Made by a program: the position numbers and the translations under genes
From: a virus
Lineage: Duplodnaviria; Caudoviricetes
IMG/VR virus record: IMGVR_UViG_3300035037_000529
Span: 1-44,576 of that record
Length of the DNA: 44,576 nucleotides
Strand: one strand, 5' to 3'
The notes under the pieces: model-generated
The model's input: the letters and a program-made list of their open reading frames with translations, nothing else
The model's database searches: none
Told to the model about the DNA's origin: nothing
Shown: piece by piece, positions 25,786 through 35,618 of the stretch
Position numbering within the stretch: position 1 is the first letter of the stretch
Layout of the letters: each line of letters begins with the position of its first letter

Positions 25786-27440
25786 GTATAACTCCTGATC
25801 ACTGATCTTATTTTTCCGTTATTGTAAATGTCATCGGCAATAGCCTCTGATAACATCTTTCTGTTACGCCATACATCCTGCGCGTCCCAGGCCTGAATAA
25901 CCTGATTAACGTTTATAGTCACGCCCGAGCCTTTAGTGTCTTCGCCTCGGTTAAGCGCTTTAAGGTTCTCCGAGCCTTCCAAGGCACTCATACCGCGCCT
26001 GGAAAGAATACCTTCACCGGTTTGCGCCACGATCGGCACATCATCAGGCGCAAGCCCCTGATGAGCCTTTATAAACCGTTTATGACGGCTTCGTATTATG
26101 CCGCCTTCATGAAATAGGCTTCCAACCGGCACGCCGAATATGTTCCCGCCGGGCCCGGCCATAGCTGTGAAGATCTTAATAAGCAGTAACTTTGCCAGTA
26201 TGTTTGAAATCATCTGCAAGACCGCACGGCCGAAATCCGCAAAGACTTCTTTCACGCTTCGAAGTTCCCCGGTAAATGCTTTGAAGAAAAACTGAGAGAA
26301 TGCGTTCTGCATATTCCGCGCGGACTGCTTGGCGAATTCTTCCATAGCGTTAAACTGCTTCGCGGTATCTTTGGCGCTTTCACCGACTTGTTTGGCGACC
26401 TGTTTCAGAACCTCCGCGGTTTTATCTCCGGTGTCTTTTACCTTAGCAAAGACCAGGTCATATTGCTCCATAGCAACCTTGGCGCTTTCTCTGGCGGCAA
26501 GTTCAAAAACCTTTTTATTCTGATCTATGCTGGTTGAAAGTTTCTTCACGCTTTCAGCGGCCTGGCGGTAAGTCTCACCCATATGCCCGGGCAGTTTGCC
26601 CAGGACTTCATAAAATTTGATAAGCGGTACGAGTAATTTCTGAAAGACCGTATTCGCCACTTCCAGCAGGGTAAAGAAGCCTGATATAATCTGGTTCATG
26701 AATCCCTGGATAAACCCGAGAACATGCCACAGAGCCTGACCGATCTTCTCAGCCATATCCAGCCAACCGGCTTTGAGTTTCTGCATCTTTTCCAGGTTTG
26801 TCATTGTTGAGGTATCTATCTGTTGTAGAATACGTTCTCCGGCTTCGAGTGTGGCGTTTAAAAAGGCCTGTTTGCGTTCCATCTCGGTTAATTCTTTGGT
26901 GGACTTGCCAAGTGTCTTTGCGTATTTCTCGTAAGCGTCTCCGGCGCTTACAATAATCCCGAGGTTATCAAGGATGAGTTTTGACTGACGGCCTACACCG
27001 ATAGCGATACTCTCAAACATAAAGCCGACGTCTTTACCGAATGCCCGGGCTGAAGCTCTTGAGATCTCCATCATCTTGGAAAGTTTAGTAGGATCAATCC
27101 CCAGGATCATAGCCTGCGACGCTTTTTCCATAATCTGGGAAGTCGAGAGAGTTTCACCAGACATGCGCCTGAGGTCCTCGATAATCTTATCAGCGCTCAT
27201 GCCGAGTGAGGCGGCAAGGTTCTTGAAAGCCTGTTTTTGCTGTTCGGCTTTGGCGCCAAGTTCCATAAGGTCCCATGCTTTGCGCAGTGCCATAATGCTC
27301 GCGGTAACAGCCGCGGTAATAGCGAGCCAGTTCTTCTTCCAGGAGTTGGCAAACCTCTGCAGGGAACCCCGCACACCTTCAAGGCGTTTCGTGGCTTCGT
27401 CTCTCAGTTTTAAAATTATGGATAACTGCTTATTGCTCAT
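25782..27440 (-). CDS. Tail tape measure protein
   Basis: Ala/Lys-rich helical protein with C-terminal FHEGG...DDVPIVAQTGE. Follows the chaperone pair. Confidence 0.85.
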   Translation of the reverse strand: MSNKQLSIILKLRDEATKRLEGVRGSLQRFANSWKKNWLAITAAVTASIMALRKAWDLMELGAKAEQQKQAFKNLAASLGMSADKIIEDLRRMSGETLSTSQIMEKASQAMILGIDPTKLSKMMEISRASARAFGKDVGFMFESIAIGVGRQSKLILDNLGIIVSAGDAYEKYAKTLGKSTKELTEMERKQAFLNATLEAGERILQQIDTSTMTNLEKMQKLKAGWLDMAEKIGQALWHVLGFIQGFMNQIISGFFTLLEVANTVFQKLLVPLIKFYEVLGKLPGHMGETYRQAAESVKKLSTSIDQNKKVFELAARESAKVAMEQYDLVFAKVKDTGDKTAEVLKQVAKQVGESAKDTAKQFNAMEEFAKQSARNMQNAFSQFFFKAFTGELRSVKEVFADFGRAVLQMISNILAKLLLIKIFTAMAGPGGNIFGVPVGSLFHEGGIIRSRHKRFIKAHQGLAPDDVPIVAQTGEGILSRRGMSALEGSENLKALNRGEDTKGSGVTINVNQVIQAWDAQDVWRNRKMLSEAIADDIYNNGKIRSVIRSYT

Positions 27441-27760
27441 CTTTTAAACAGGTTCCTTTTCCTTGTCTTTTCAGCTTCAATTTTTCTTATCTCCTTAGCG
27501 ATAATCTCAAATGCGTCCAGCATCTTTGCCGGTTGATCAAGCCAGCCTCCCGGGTTTGGAAGAATCCCAATCCCATAAAAATTAAATGCCCTGATAAAAT
27601 CCGTCGTCTCCCGCGTGACGATTTTAAAAGGGCATCCCTGATATTCTTCACCGTTTAGTTCCCAGGTCTCTTGTCCCGGAATCTCAAATTCACATTGCGT
27701 CTTCTTTCCCGATAAACAACTCCGGCAGTTCATAGAGAGGCCCTCCAGATGAACCGCCAC
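27437..27760 (-). CDS. Tail assembly chaperone frameshift extension (gpT-like)
   Basis: In the -1 frame relative to 27763-28188 and entered through the slippery site. Confidence 0.72.
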   Translation of the reverse strand: MAVHLEGLSMNCRSCLSGKKTQCEFEIPGQETWELNGEEYQGCPFKIVTRETTDFIRAFNFYGIGILPNPGGWLDQPAKMLDAFEIIAKEIRKIEAEKTRKRNLFKR

Positions 27761-27762
27761 AA

Positions 27763-28188
27763 TCAGTTTTTTTGCTCGTCCTCCGATAATCTGGATTCGT
27801 TTAATATTACCTCCGCGAGTTCCTGTCTCAGATCACTGGGAAACATCGCTATAACCCTGTCAGGCACAGCGTCCCGCATTTTCCCGGCGTAACGGATGGT
27901 TTCGAACTTAAGCTCAACAGGCTTTTTCGTTTCAGGATCAAGGAAGTTGTCCATGCCCTTAAGCCCGAACTTAATAGCGGATATCTGGCGTTTATTCCAG
28001 TTAAGCCTGACCTTGGCTTTATCGTTGGGGTTAGTTGAACTCATCTCGTAGCTGGAAGAATCGTCATCAATCTCGGCCCGTAGAGCGGGGTCCAGCACCC
28101 CGATATGAAACACCGTCGGATTATTTTTATCCGGATCCAGTTTTGATGTGTATTCTTTTGTCGCGTTTATATTGATCCCTGTCAGCAT
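27763..28188 (-). CDS. Tail assembly chaperone (gpG-like)
   Basis: Lies between tail tube and tape measure genes and has a slippery end. Confidence 0.78.
   Translation of the reverse strand: MLTGININATKEYTSKLDPDKNNPTVFHIGVLDPALRAEIDDDSSSYEMSSTNPNDKAKVRLNWNKRQISAIKFGLKGMDNFLDPETKKPVELKFETIRYAGKMRDAVPDRVIAMFPSDLRQELAEVILNESRLSEDEQKN
27766..27772 (-). promoter_or_regulatory. Programmed -1 frameshift slippery heptamer A AAA AAC
   Basis: CAA AAA AAC TGA ends the chaperone ORF. The -1 frame reads on as K-L-I-V-A-V-H-L-E. Confidence 0.8.
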
Positions 28189-28203
28189 GAAAACCTCCTT
28201 TTT

Positions 28204-29352
28204 TTAAAGACATAAAATAGTTAGTTCATCATCGCCCGGCTCCAATGTCCCGTTTAAAGAGAAACTTGCCCGGGCGCTCGCGATACCTTCACGATCCTCA
28301 TCAGCGACCTTTGAATACTGCGCCTTCGGGGCATAGAACCAGAACTTATTGCCGGAAACCTCACCGACCTGAAAATTTAAAACCATCTCATCGCCATTGA
28401 ACCATTTGCCAAAGAAATCATGGTTTGATACGCTTACCATCTCCGGATTAAACGCTCCCACAGGCTTCCTGTCAGAGATAACGTATGAGAAAATCCCCGA
28501 CTGCTCGTTCACATCGTCACGCACAGCCAGTACATTCGCCCAGTCTATCTCAAGCTCGCTGAGCTTAGCCTGCAGGTTATCAATCCAGAGATAAGCATTC
28601 AGAAAAACAGGCGGTTTTGTGGTTTCATGGTTAATAGACGATAGCATGTTGGCATCCTGGATGCTTAAATAAGCTCCCGAGAAATCAAAGTCCAGCATAA
28701 CCGGTTCACCTACTTTGAAGTTAAACTTCACCTTGCCGCGCGCGCCTTTCAATATCTTTCTGACGCCGTCTTCATAAGTAGCCATGGTGAGAGAAGGCAC
28801 ACCGGCCGGGTCAGTGATCGGTTTAAGCTCTCTGCCAACCTCGGATGGATCCGAACCTGATGTAGCCGAAGCTCCCGACGTAGACCCCGTTATTGTTTCA
28901 GCGTCCTGAAAAGAACCGGATACTGAAACAAAGTAGAGAGTGGTCGTGCCATCAGCGGTATCAATAACCACACGGCCTGTCGCGCCCGAAGTACCGCCGA
29001 CAATGGTCTCACCATGCTGGAAAGGTCCCGAGGTTATTCCTCCGATCGTAATAGCCTGAAGAGGCATAACCTGCCAACCGCAGGCTTTAAGAAGTTTTAG
29101 CCATTCAGGTTCAGTAATAGATACACCCGAGCCTCTCAACCTTAAATTAAAAGTTAATCTTGATACGCTCTTGCCGGGAAGATCGCCGACTTTAGAAAAG
29201 CTGGCACCTACGGGATTGCGTTCATGAAGAGGCGGGTCCACATCTACAACAGGACTTTCGACCAGAAGTTTCGCGTCCTGGCTGGCCAGAGCTTCCTCAA
29301 CGCCTTCGGTACTTTCGACCTTAGCGGCAAGTTGTCTTCTTCGTGTTAACAT
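28204..29352 (-). CDS. Major tail tube protein with inserted Gly/Thr-rich domain
   Basis: MLTRRRQLAAKVES..G N-terminus and DDELTI C-terminus. Position before the chaperones. Confidence 0.75.
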   Translation of the reverse strand: MLTRRRQLAAKVESTEGVEEALASQDAKLLVESPVVDVDPPLHERNPVGASFSKVGDLPGKSVSRLTFNLRLRGSGVSITEPEWLKLLKACGWQVMPLQAITIGGITSGPFQHGETIVGGTSGATGRVVIDTADGTTTLYFVSVSGSFQDAETITGSTSGASATSGSDPSEVGRELKPITDPAGVPSLTMATYEDGVRKILKGARGKVKFNFKVGEPVMLDFDFSGAYLSIQDANMLSSINHETTKPPVFLNAYLWIDNLQAKLSELEIDWANVLAVRDDVNEQSGIFSYVISDRKPVGAFNPEMVSVSNHDFFGKWFNGDEMVLNFQVGEVSGNKFWFYAPKAQYSKVADEDREGIASARASFSLNGTLEPGDDELTILCL

Positions 29353-29367
29353 AATTCTTTCCTCCTT

Positions 29368-29835
29368 TTATCCGGATAAAGCAGGATCAAGTCTTTGATG
29401 CCGATACTTTATCTCAATCTCAATAATGATCCCGGCGTAATGCTGACCCTCGGTAGTTTCAAACGGCGTCGTTCCCAGTACATTTGTATCGACCGCGTGG
29501 CCTCCCCGGGTATGGTCAGCAAGTACCGCTTTCTTGATATCGCCCTGCAATCTATTCAAATAAGTATCCGTGGACGTCGCCTCGTCTTCATCGCTTACAA
29601 AGAAACAATCCAGATAGATGCTTAACGCGCATTCCTCAAGAGGATACGGCGCTGATTGCTCGGATTCATCGCCGCAGGATAAAACAACAGCCGGAAGATT
29701 AACCAAACTGTTTCCATGCATTGACCAGCGCTGAACCGTATCGGGAGTAAAATCAAAATTGTAACCGTTAGCAACGGTTATCCCTTCAAGCGTAATTTTT
29801 AAGTTCTCCAGTATTTTTTCTCTTACGGTTTCCAT
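29368..29835 (-). CDS. Tail terminator-like protein
   Basis: VREKILENLK..LEGI...NGY, LPAVVL..GDE, LADHTRGGHA; position. Confidence 0.65.
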   Translation of the reverse strand: METVREKILENLKITLEGITVANGYNFDFTPDTVQRWSMHGNSLVNLPAVVLSCGDESEQSAPYPLEECALSIYLDCFFVSDEDEATSTDTYLNRLQGDIKKAVLADHTRGGHAVDTNVLGTTPFETTEGQHYAGIIIEIEIKYRHQRLDPALSG

Positions 29836-30443
29836 TAGATCTTCCTTAAGGCGCTGTCTATTTTTGCGTTTAAAATATCGATCCGGTAATTAACAAGCCC
29901 GTCCCAAGTCCTGTAAAAACCAAGCCGCGGCTTTAACCGGACTTGTCTTTTTAAAACAAAAAGGGGCAGTATCTTCTGCGTTCTTTTCGTAATCCTCGCT
30001 AAAAATGTCTTGCCCCTGAATCTAATAGGGTGTACGTTTTTGATTGTCTTGGGGTTCCTGTATCTTGTTCTCAGTTTCCCCCGAGCGGTAAACATTTGCG
30101 TTCTTGCTGAGAGAGGAACGGCAAGCCTGCCACCGCCGGGATCCTTTACGATGCCGCCTGTTTCATGCAGTTTGGCAATCTTCGAATCAGAGAAGATGTG
30201 AACGCCCATGCCCTCGATAGTGGATGAAACCAGAAACGCGCGTTTGAATGTCCCGAAAAGTCCATGACCTGAAGCGCCGCGCACACCCGGCGGGCCCTGA
30301 AGTTGCTGTTTTCTGAATCTTTTCAGAAACCCTTTACTGATCCGGTCCAGTCCGTCGCCAAGTTCAAACTTCAATACCTTCGGCGCGATCTTTATCGCTT
30401 TCTCAAGGGCCCGTTTGTCTATTTCTGTGGTAAGCCTTACCAT
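29835..30443 (-). CDS. Basic neck/tail-completion protein (gpZ-like position)
   Basis: Highly basic 202-aa protein with AKLHETGG motif, between head-closure and terminator genes. Confidence 0.6.
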   Translation of the reverse strand: MVRLTTEIDKRALEKAIKIAPKVLKFELGDGLDRISKGFLKRFRKQQLQGPPGVRGASGHGLFGTFKRAFLVSSTIEGMGVHIFSDSKIAKLHETGGIVKDPGGGRLAVPLSARTQMFTARGKLRTRYRNPKTIKNVHPIRFRGKTFLARITKRTQKILPLFVLKRQVRLKPRLGFYRTWDGLVNYRIDILNAKIDSALRKI

Positions 30444-30446
30444 AAA

Positions 30447-30791
30447 TCACCAACCCACAATTAAATGCCACATACCTTCATCACCGGAAAGCACTTCGTT
30501 TATACGCGCATCCCTGGGCGTACCTTCAACATCGTTAAGCGTAACGCGGTCGTCTTTTTTATCTATAGCCGTAACACCGCTTACATCATCATTGGCTATA
30601 TAAAGTTCCGCCTGTTTTCTTAACGAACGGCTCATATTTTCCGAAGAGGGTTCAAGTCCTTCACGCACTACTACCGCCCGGACTGCCTTGGGAGCGCCTC
30701 CGGATGGAGTATAGGTGATTTCCTCAGCAAACTCATCCGTGTTAAGGAATGTGTTAATGGAATCCTGAGACAATTGATCTTTAAAACTCAT
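30447..30791 (-). CDS. Head-tail joining protein (gpFII-like)
   Basis: FLNTDEFAEEITY motif; position after the capsid gene. Confidence 0.7.
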   Translation of the reverse strand: MSFKDQLSQDSINTFLNTDEFAEEITYTPSGGAPKAVRAVVVREGLEPSSENMSRSLRKQAELYIANDDVSGVTAIDKKDDRVTLNDVEGTPRDARINEVLSGDEGMWHLIVGW

Positions 30792-30816
30792 CCGGCAAAC
30801 TCCTTATGGCTCAGTA

Positions 30817-30840
30817 CCCGGGGGCGGTTAAACCCCCGGG
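30817..30840. terminator. GC-rich hairpin downstream of the capsid gene (mRNA stabiliser or weak terminator)
   Basis: CCCGGGGG / CCCCCGGG 8-bp stem. No U-tract on the minus strand. Confidence 0.5.
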
Positions 30841-30859
30841 ATACATTCAACCTTTAAGT

Positions 30860-31816
30860 TTAAGCGTCAACTTTCATCAGATGAGCGAAGTAAGGATCAA
30901 TGATGATTTCGTCAACGTGCTGTCTTACCCTGAAGATGTCGCTTCTGGCGGCATCATCCCTGTACTGCTCGACTGTCGCGTTTTCCGGGCTGTCCGCGGT
31001 CCAGAGGAACGTCCTTCCCATGGACGGATCCGAAAGCCGCTGTCCTTCACCGATAACCGCTACCATGGCAAAGTCATCGCTCCAGATATCAGCCCCTTTA
31101 AACGCTTTGCCTTCTTTGGCGCTGTTGTAGATACCTTTTCCTACAACAATTTTCTTCACGCCTAAGATATCGGCCAGGGCATTAAGTATCTCCGCTTCAG
31201 TAAGCCTCGCGACATACTGAATCGCACCCTTGATTCCGGAGTTGGCAAGCAGTCTGTCGATGTTGGCCTTGCTCATGATAAGCGTCCCGGGATCCATACC
31301 GCAGTTTTTCCTGACCTTCTCCCGGACTTCACGTACCTGGGCGATAACGTCACTTGAGCCGTTATCCCAGGGCTCGGCCGAATAATCCGTAAAGAGATCA
31401 GAACCTGAGAAGGTCGTGGTGTCAAAGACAGCCGAGGCGATCCTTTTCTCCTGCGCCTGCAGTACCCTGCGGGTTACAATCTGCACGGTTGTAAGCTCAG
31501 CATCGAAATCGCTTGAATACATCTCGCGTTCGGAATCATCCAGAGGCCCTTCAAGGCCGTGTTCCTCGCAGTTATACTGTCTGTCCTTGGCCTGGAAAGA
31601 ATCCCTGTTGTAGTTTCCTCTGGGGGCGCGTTTTGTGTCAGCGTCCCTGGTAATGCTTTCCCTCGTGATAGCCGGGAAAATACTAGCCTTCTTTTTAGTG
31701 GGGAAGATAGGCAAAACCTTTGTGCCGATAAACTCGTCCTGCGCCTGGATAAACTCCAAAGCCGCTTCACCTAGCTCGAGTCTCGGTATCGCTCTTGTTC
31801 CCTGATAATCTGGCAT
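30860..31816 (-). CDS. Major capsid protein
   Basis: 318 aa with FIGTKVLP, DTKRAPRG and YNCEEHGLE (gpE-like). Follows protease and decoration genes and has a strong RBS. Confidence 0.82.
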   Translation of the reverse strand: MPDYQGTRAIPRLELGEAALEFIQAQDEFIGTKVLPIFPTKKKASIFPAITRESITRDADTKRAPRGNYNRDSFQAKDRQYNCEEHGLEGPLDDSEREMYSSDFDAELTTVQIVTRRVLQAQEKRIASAVFDTTTFSGSDLFTDYSAEPWDNGSSDVIAQVREVREKVRKNCGMDPGTLIMSKANIDRLLANSGIKGAIQYVARLTEAEILNALADILGVKKIVVGKGIYNSAKEGKAFKGADIWSDDFAMVAVIGEGQRLSDPSMGRTFLWTADSPENATVEQYRDDAARSDIFRVRQHVDEIIIDPYFAHLMKVDA

Positions 31817-31847
31817 TTTAAAACCCTCCTTTTAAAATTCGTTTCTG

Positions 31848-32201
31848 TTAAACAACGAAGCCCTCAACCACTTCAAGATCATCCGCTGAAGCTTCAAGTA
31901 CCCTGCCCTGAACAGAACCGTTTACTACAGCTGAAATCTTTCCGTCATCCGCGCCGTAGAAATCTCCGCCAACACTGATAGCATCCAGTGCTACCAGTTT
32001 GAACGTGCGTCCTCTGGTCTTTAAGTCAACCGTTACATGTTCGCCCTGAGCGGCCTTGGCCGCCGTGATACCGATAAAATCTTCTCCGGCATCGGCGTAT
32101 TCAACCTGAGACCCGCTTCCGGCTGAAAGTTTAACCCTGCGGTAAGCTTCCAATGCTTCACCCGCGACAAACGCTTTTGAACCTATGTTATACTGTGACA
32201 T
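31848..32201 (-). CDS. Capsid decoration/cement protein (DUF2190-like)
   Basis: AFVAGEALEAYRRVKL...IGIT....A.GE.V...GRVLEA pattern, directly before the capsid gene. Confidence 0.72.
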   Translation of the reverse strand: MSQYNIGSKAFVAGEALEAYRRVKLSAGSGSQVEYADAGEDFIGITAAKAAQGEHVTVDLKTRGRTFKLVALDAISVGGDFYGADDGKISAVVNGSVQGRVLEASADDLEVVEGFVV

Positions 32202-32214
32202 TTTCGTCCTCCTT

Positions 32215-33333
32215 TTACTGGTTTCTTTTTTCCGCGGTTTTCTGCAACGCTTCAGTCATACTGCAGTTATGTTTTTCTTTGTACTCCGAAGCCCTCTCGA
32301 GGTGGCTCTTTTTCTTCGGATCCTGGGGATCCTCAGGGTCATCCGGCCCGACACCTTTAGCCGAGGACTCCTTAAGGCCTTCAAGCTGTCTCTCCTGGAA
32401 CTTGATAGTGGCCTGCTCCAATGAGGACCCGCCTTCAACAGCCTCAAGAGCGGCATCACTCATATCCTGAAAGGTCTTTGCTTTCTTAAGTATCCCTGTA
32501 ACTCTTTCTCTTTCGAGTTTCTGTCCTTCGCCGGTGCCTTGTTTTATGCCTTCCTCAAATCCCTGCTTGCGGACAGCTTCAAAGACATCCGCGCGTTGTT
32601 CTTTCAATTTTTCTACTGTCAGATCTTCAAACATTTTTCTTTCCTCCTTTTTTGCTGATACGTTTTTTGTAACCTTTTCATTCACCTTGTACCTTTCCAG
32701 GAACGCCAGAACACTTTCAACAGCGTTCTCATCCTGCAGAAATCTATCTAAAAAAACCGTCATTTCAGCTGACGGTTTAATGCTTTCTGAGAAGAACGGC
32801 ATTCCAAAAAGCCCGTTATTAGCCGCCGGATCATCAACCACATCTACCGAAAATAAGCTCTTAACCCGGATAAACGGCGGTAAGTCATTTCCGTTCGTAT
32901 CTTTTTTCTCGCGGCTTTCCTCATCCCAGTAGATAACCATAGAAGCGCCGAACGCTTCAGGGTCGCTTTCAGCCAGGTTAGCCACATAACCGGCCAGATC
33001 CCCGTCAGGTGTGGAATGCGCCGTCTTGTCCAAAAAAAGATCGGCCCGTACAATATCTCCGTCACGTCTGAAATTCTTCACCCGGCCGAGAAAGGTTCCC
33101 AGGGCGGTCGAACTCATATTGGGATGACCGAAACGGGATTTGATCCCGGCTCTGGATTTATTGCCCAGCTCAACTATTCTTTCTAACGCGGCATCATCAA
33201 ATTCCCCCCTTTCGTCATGGGTTATGCCTTTAGTGACCACGGCAAACCCGCTTATAACATCCGTATTCCTGTCCACGCGGATATTTTTACTTCTAATGAC
33301 ATCCGTGCGAAATAAAGTATTTTTATCCGCCAT
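32215..33333 (-). CDS. Prohead protease / scaffold fusion-like protein
   Basis: RFGHP, FGASMV, SVDVVDDPAAN N-terminal domain with coiled-coil C-terminus (ERERVTGI). Between portal and capsid. Start re-called at 33333. Confidence 0.7.
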   Translation of the reverse strand: MADKNTLFRTDVIRSKNIRVDRNTDVISGFAVVTKGITHDERGEFDDAALERIVELGNKSRAGIKSRFGHPNMSSTALGTFLGRVKNFRRDGDIVRADLFLDKTAHSTPDGDLAGYVANLAESDPEAFGASMVIYWDEESREKKDTNGNDLPPFIRVKSLFSVDVVDDPAANNGLFGMPFFSESIKPSAEMTVFLDRFLQDENAVESVLAFLERYKVNEKVTKNVSAKKEERKMFEDLTVEKLKEQRADVFEAVRKQGFEEGIKQGTGEGQKLERERVTGILKKAKTFQDMSDAALEAVEGGSSLEQATIKFQERQLEGLKESSAKGVGPDDPEDPQDPKKKSHLERASEYKEKHNCSMTEALQKTAEKRNQ

Positions 33334-33407
33334 CTTTTTCTCCTGTTTTTTCACTGGCGCAAACAGTAACACTGTGGGGCATAGCCATGTTTTGTCTGCG
33401 CGTGACT

Positions 33408-34988
33408 TTAATCTTCTTTGTTTTCTTTTTCTTCATCATCATCCGTGGTTTCTTTTTCACCATTTGTGCTTCCGTTATTTTGCGGCAGTCCCAGTTCATT
33501 CATCTTGTCAAGCTCGCGTTTTCTCTGCTCAAAACTTTCCTCCCAGTCCTTGCCCTGAGCCGAATACAAATCCGAGTGAGTGACTATGCCGTTTTTAAGC
33601 CCGACTTCCGCGGCTTTTGCCTCCTTAAGCGGGTCAACCCATTCCCAGCCCGGAGCTATCCATGTAGCGCCACTCCAGTAGTTTCTTTTGTCATAGAAGG
33701 AAACAGAACCCAGCTCGCCTTTCAGATAGGCTTCTTCGAGCACCATATCCCATACAGGCTGGCAGAGTTTTCTCGATAACCATTCCTGCTTTACTTTAAA
33801 ATATCTGCGCGCTTCTAAAAGTGCGGCTCTCGCGCTTGAATAGTTCGTCTTTGAGAAATCCTTGGCAACCAGTTCATAAGGCAATCCCAGGGCCGCTGAA
33901 ATTGCCCGCAATATCCTCTCAACAAAAGGCTCGAATGTCGCTCCCGGCCGCTGGGGATTAAAAGAAGTGATCGATTCGCCCGGCATCAGGTGTTTGATCA
34001 TGCCCGGCTCAAGAGATTCAACCAGCTGGTTGGCCGTGTTTTTTTCGTATCCGGCGTTAACAGCAATATCCATTGAGGCTTCTGAAGTAATGAAAAGAGA
34101 AAAGCACGCCGCTATGCGGGCGGCCACAAGCTCGGCCTCGGCGTATTCGGCTAAATCTTTAAAATATGTAAGAACCGGCGTGAAGAAAGGAACGCCTCTT
34201 GTCTGGCCGCTTCTTGTCACATGGTAAAGATGAAAAACATTCTTCCGGCCGTATTCATTCTTAGCCGGTATCTCCATGAACTTTCTGTCACGTTCGCCAT
34301 ACCTGAAATCCCCCGGATGTGTCTTCTGGATAAAGTAGGATACAGGCTCACCGTTTTCTCCGATTTTCACTCCGCTTCTTATGGATTTATCGCTTCGTTT
34401 CTCAGGCGGGGTGTCAAGCCTGTCTGACTCAATGACCTGAAGGGCAAAAGAATAGGGTCTGGCCTTATCTTTAAGCATAAGCGGGATAATGAGCGCTTCG
34501 CCGTTTTCCAGGATCTGCCGATCAACCAGGCTCTGTATCTCATAAAAATCCATACGCTGACCAGCATCCGAATAAGGCAACCATCTCTTCCAGGCACGCT
34601 CGGCTTTTTTCTGGAAGTTGGCCGCTGACTTCTCACTTATCCCGAGAAACTCCCGGTCAACTCTTGATTGAGGTCTTATTCCGGTACCGATAACGTTTGT
34701 CGTCATGGTTGAAGTGATGCCGGAAGCGTGGGCATCATTACGGTTTAAATCACGGCTTCTTTCCCTGAGATCAGAAAGCTCGGGAAGAAGGGCTTCGTCA
34801 GCGGAACTATTCCGGGGAAGCCAAGATGAACGAAGGCGATTATGCCCGGCGCCTTTATACGCGCCAAAAGCCTGGGTGATATTCATCACTTCCCGGTACA
34901 TCTTTCGCCTAAACCCTGCCCTGGGCGAGAAGAAAGAGATAACATTGTCTATACCGCTGGTAAATCTTTCTGATATTTTCTTTTTCAT
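33408..34988 (-). CDS. Portal protein, lambda family
   Basis: LRERSRDL.RN, GQTRGVP, NYSSARAALLE, WVDPLKE. Confidence 0.95.
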   Translation of the reverse strand: MKKKISERFTSGIDNVISFFSPRAGFRRKMYREVMNITQAFGAYKGAGHNRLRSSWLPRNSSADEALLPELSDLRERSRDLNRNDAHASGITSTMTTNVIGTGIRPQSRVDREFLGISEKSAANFQKKAERAWKRWLPYSDAGQRMDFYEIQSLVDRQILENGEALIIPLMLKDKARPYSFALQVIESDRLDTPPEKRSDKSIRSGVKIGENGEPVSYFIQKTHPGDFRYGERDRKFMEIPAKNEYGRKNVFHLYHVTRSGQTRGVPFFTPVLTYFKDLAEYAEAELVAARIAACFSLFITSEASMDIAVNAGYEKNTANQLVESLEPGMIKHLMPGESITSFNPQRPGATFEPFVERILRAISAALGLPYELVAKDFSKTNYSSARAALLEARRYFKVKQEWLSRKLCQPVWDMVLEEAYLKGELGSVSFYDKRNYWSGATWIAPGWEWVDPLKEAKAAEVGLKNGIVTHSDLYSAQGKDWEESFEQRKRELDKMNELGLPQNNGSTNGEKETTDDDEEKENKED

Positions 34989-35197
34989 TTCGGATTCTCG
35001 AATTTCGCGTAAGTAGTTCTGTTTCTGCCAGCCGATATTTCGTTTTGCAACTGCTTGCGCATTTTTAAAAGTTCGCTTAACCTTTCATACTGAATATTTC
35101 TGCCACCGATGGAATATGACTGCACCATACCGCCAGCCATCTTTGTGTTTATGGCAGTTTCAAGGACTTCGAGCATTTCCTGTTTAGTGGGCGCCAA
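34985..35197 (-). CDS. Head completion protein (gpW-like)
   Basis: QSYSIGGRNIQY..L.EL. TTG start re-called at 35197 after AAGGAG. Confidence 0.78.
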   Translation of the reverse strand: MAPTKQEMLEVLETAINTKMAGGMVQSYSIGGRNIQYERLSELLKMRKQLQNEISAGRNRTTYAKFENPK

Positions 35198-35216
35198 TGA
35201 AAACTCCTTTTTGCTT

Positions 35217-35304
35217 CCCAATAAAAAAGCCCGTTCCGGCTGGTGCACCAGAACGAGCTTATAAATTTATTGGGCGCGCGTTTTATGGCTGATCAGGCCC
35301 GCGC
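35217..35304 (-). promoter_or_regulatory. Structured leader with terminator-like hairpin ahead of the head operon
   Basis: GCGCG/CGCGC stem, then CCCAAUAAA/UUUAUUGGG enclosing AAGCUCGUUC/GAACGGGCUU, ending in a U-run. Confidence 0.6.
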
Positions 35305-35319
35305 TATATTTTCAACTCT

Positions 35320-35348
35320 ATATTACTTGAAATAAAAATCACTTTCAA
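35320..35348 (-). promoter_or_regulatory. Putative sigma70-type promoter for the structural operon
   Basis: TTGAAA - 17 bp - TAATAT on the minus strand in the intergenic gap. Confidence 0.5.
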
Positions 35349-35375
35349 ATAGTCGGTACAACAGGTTTGTACAGG

Positions 35376-35618
35376 CTATTTTTCGTAATCTTGTTCAATA
35401 GATTTAAAACGATAACCGCATTTGAGACAATAATGATACCTCGCCGGAAGACGATGGGCGTAACATCTGACCTTTTTGCTATGGCAACGGGGACAACGCA
35501 GAGGTATAAAAGCAACACCGTAAGCATCATCGACTGTTTTATCCTCATCAGGTTGTCTATTAAGATTACCGTTTTCATTCTTAAGCCAGTTATTCTTTTT
35601 CTCAATCCATTTGCCCAT
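35376..35618 (-). CDS. Small zinc-finger protein (Ogr/Delta-like spacing)
   Basis: CPRC...RYHYCLKCGYRFKS. Abuts the terL stop. Confidence 0.72.
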   Translation of the reverse strand: MGKWIEKKNNWLKNENGNLNRQPDEDKTVDDAYGVAFIPLRCPRCHSKKVRCYAHRLPARYHYCLKCGYRFKSIEQDYEK

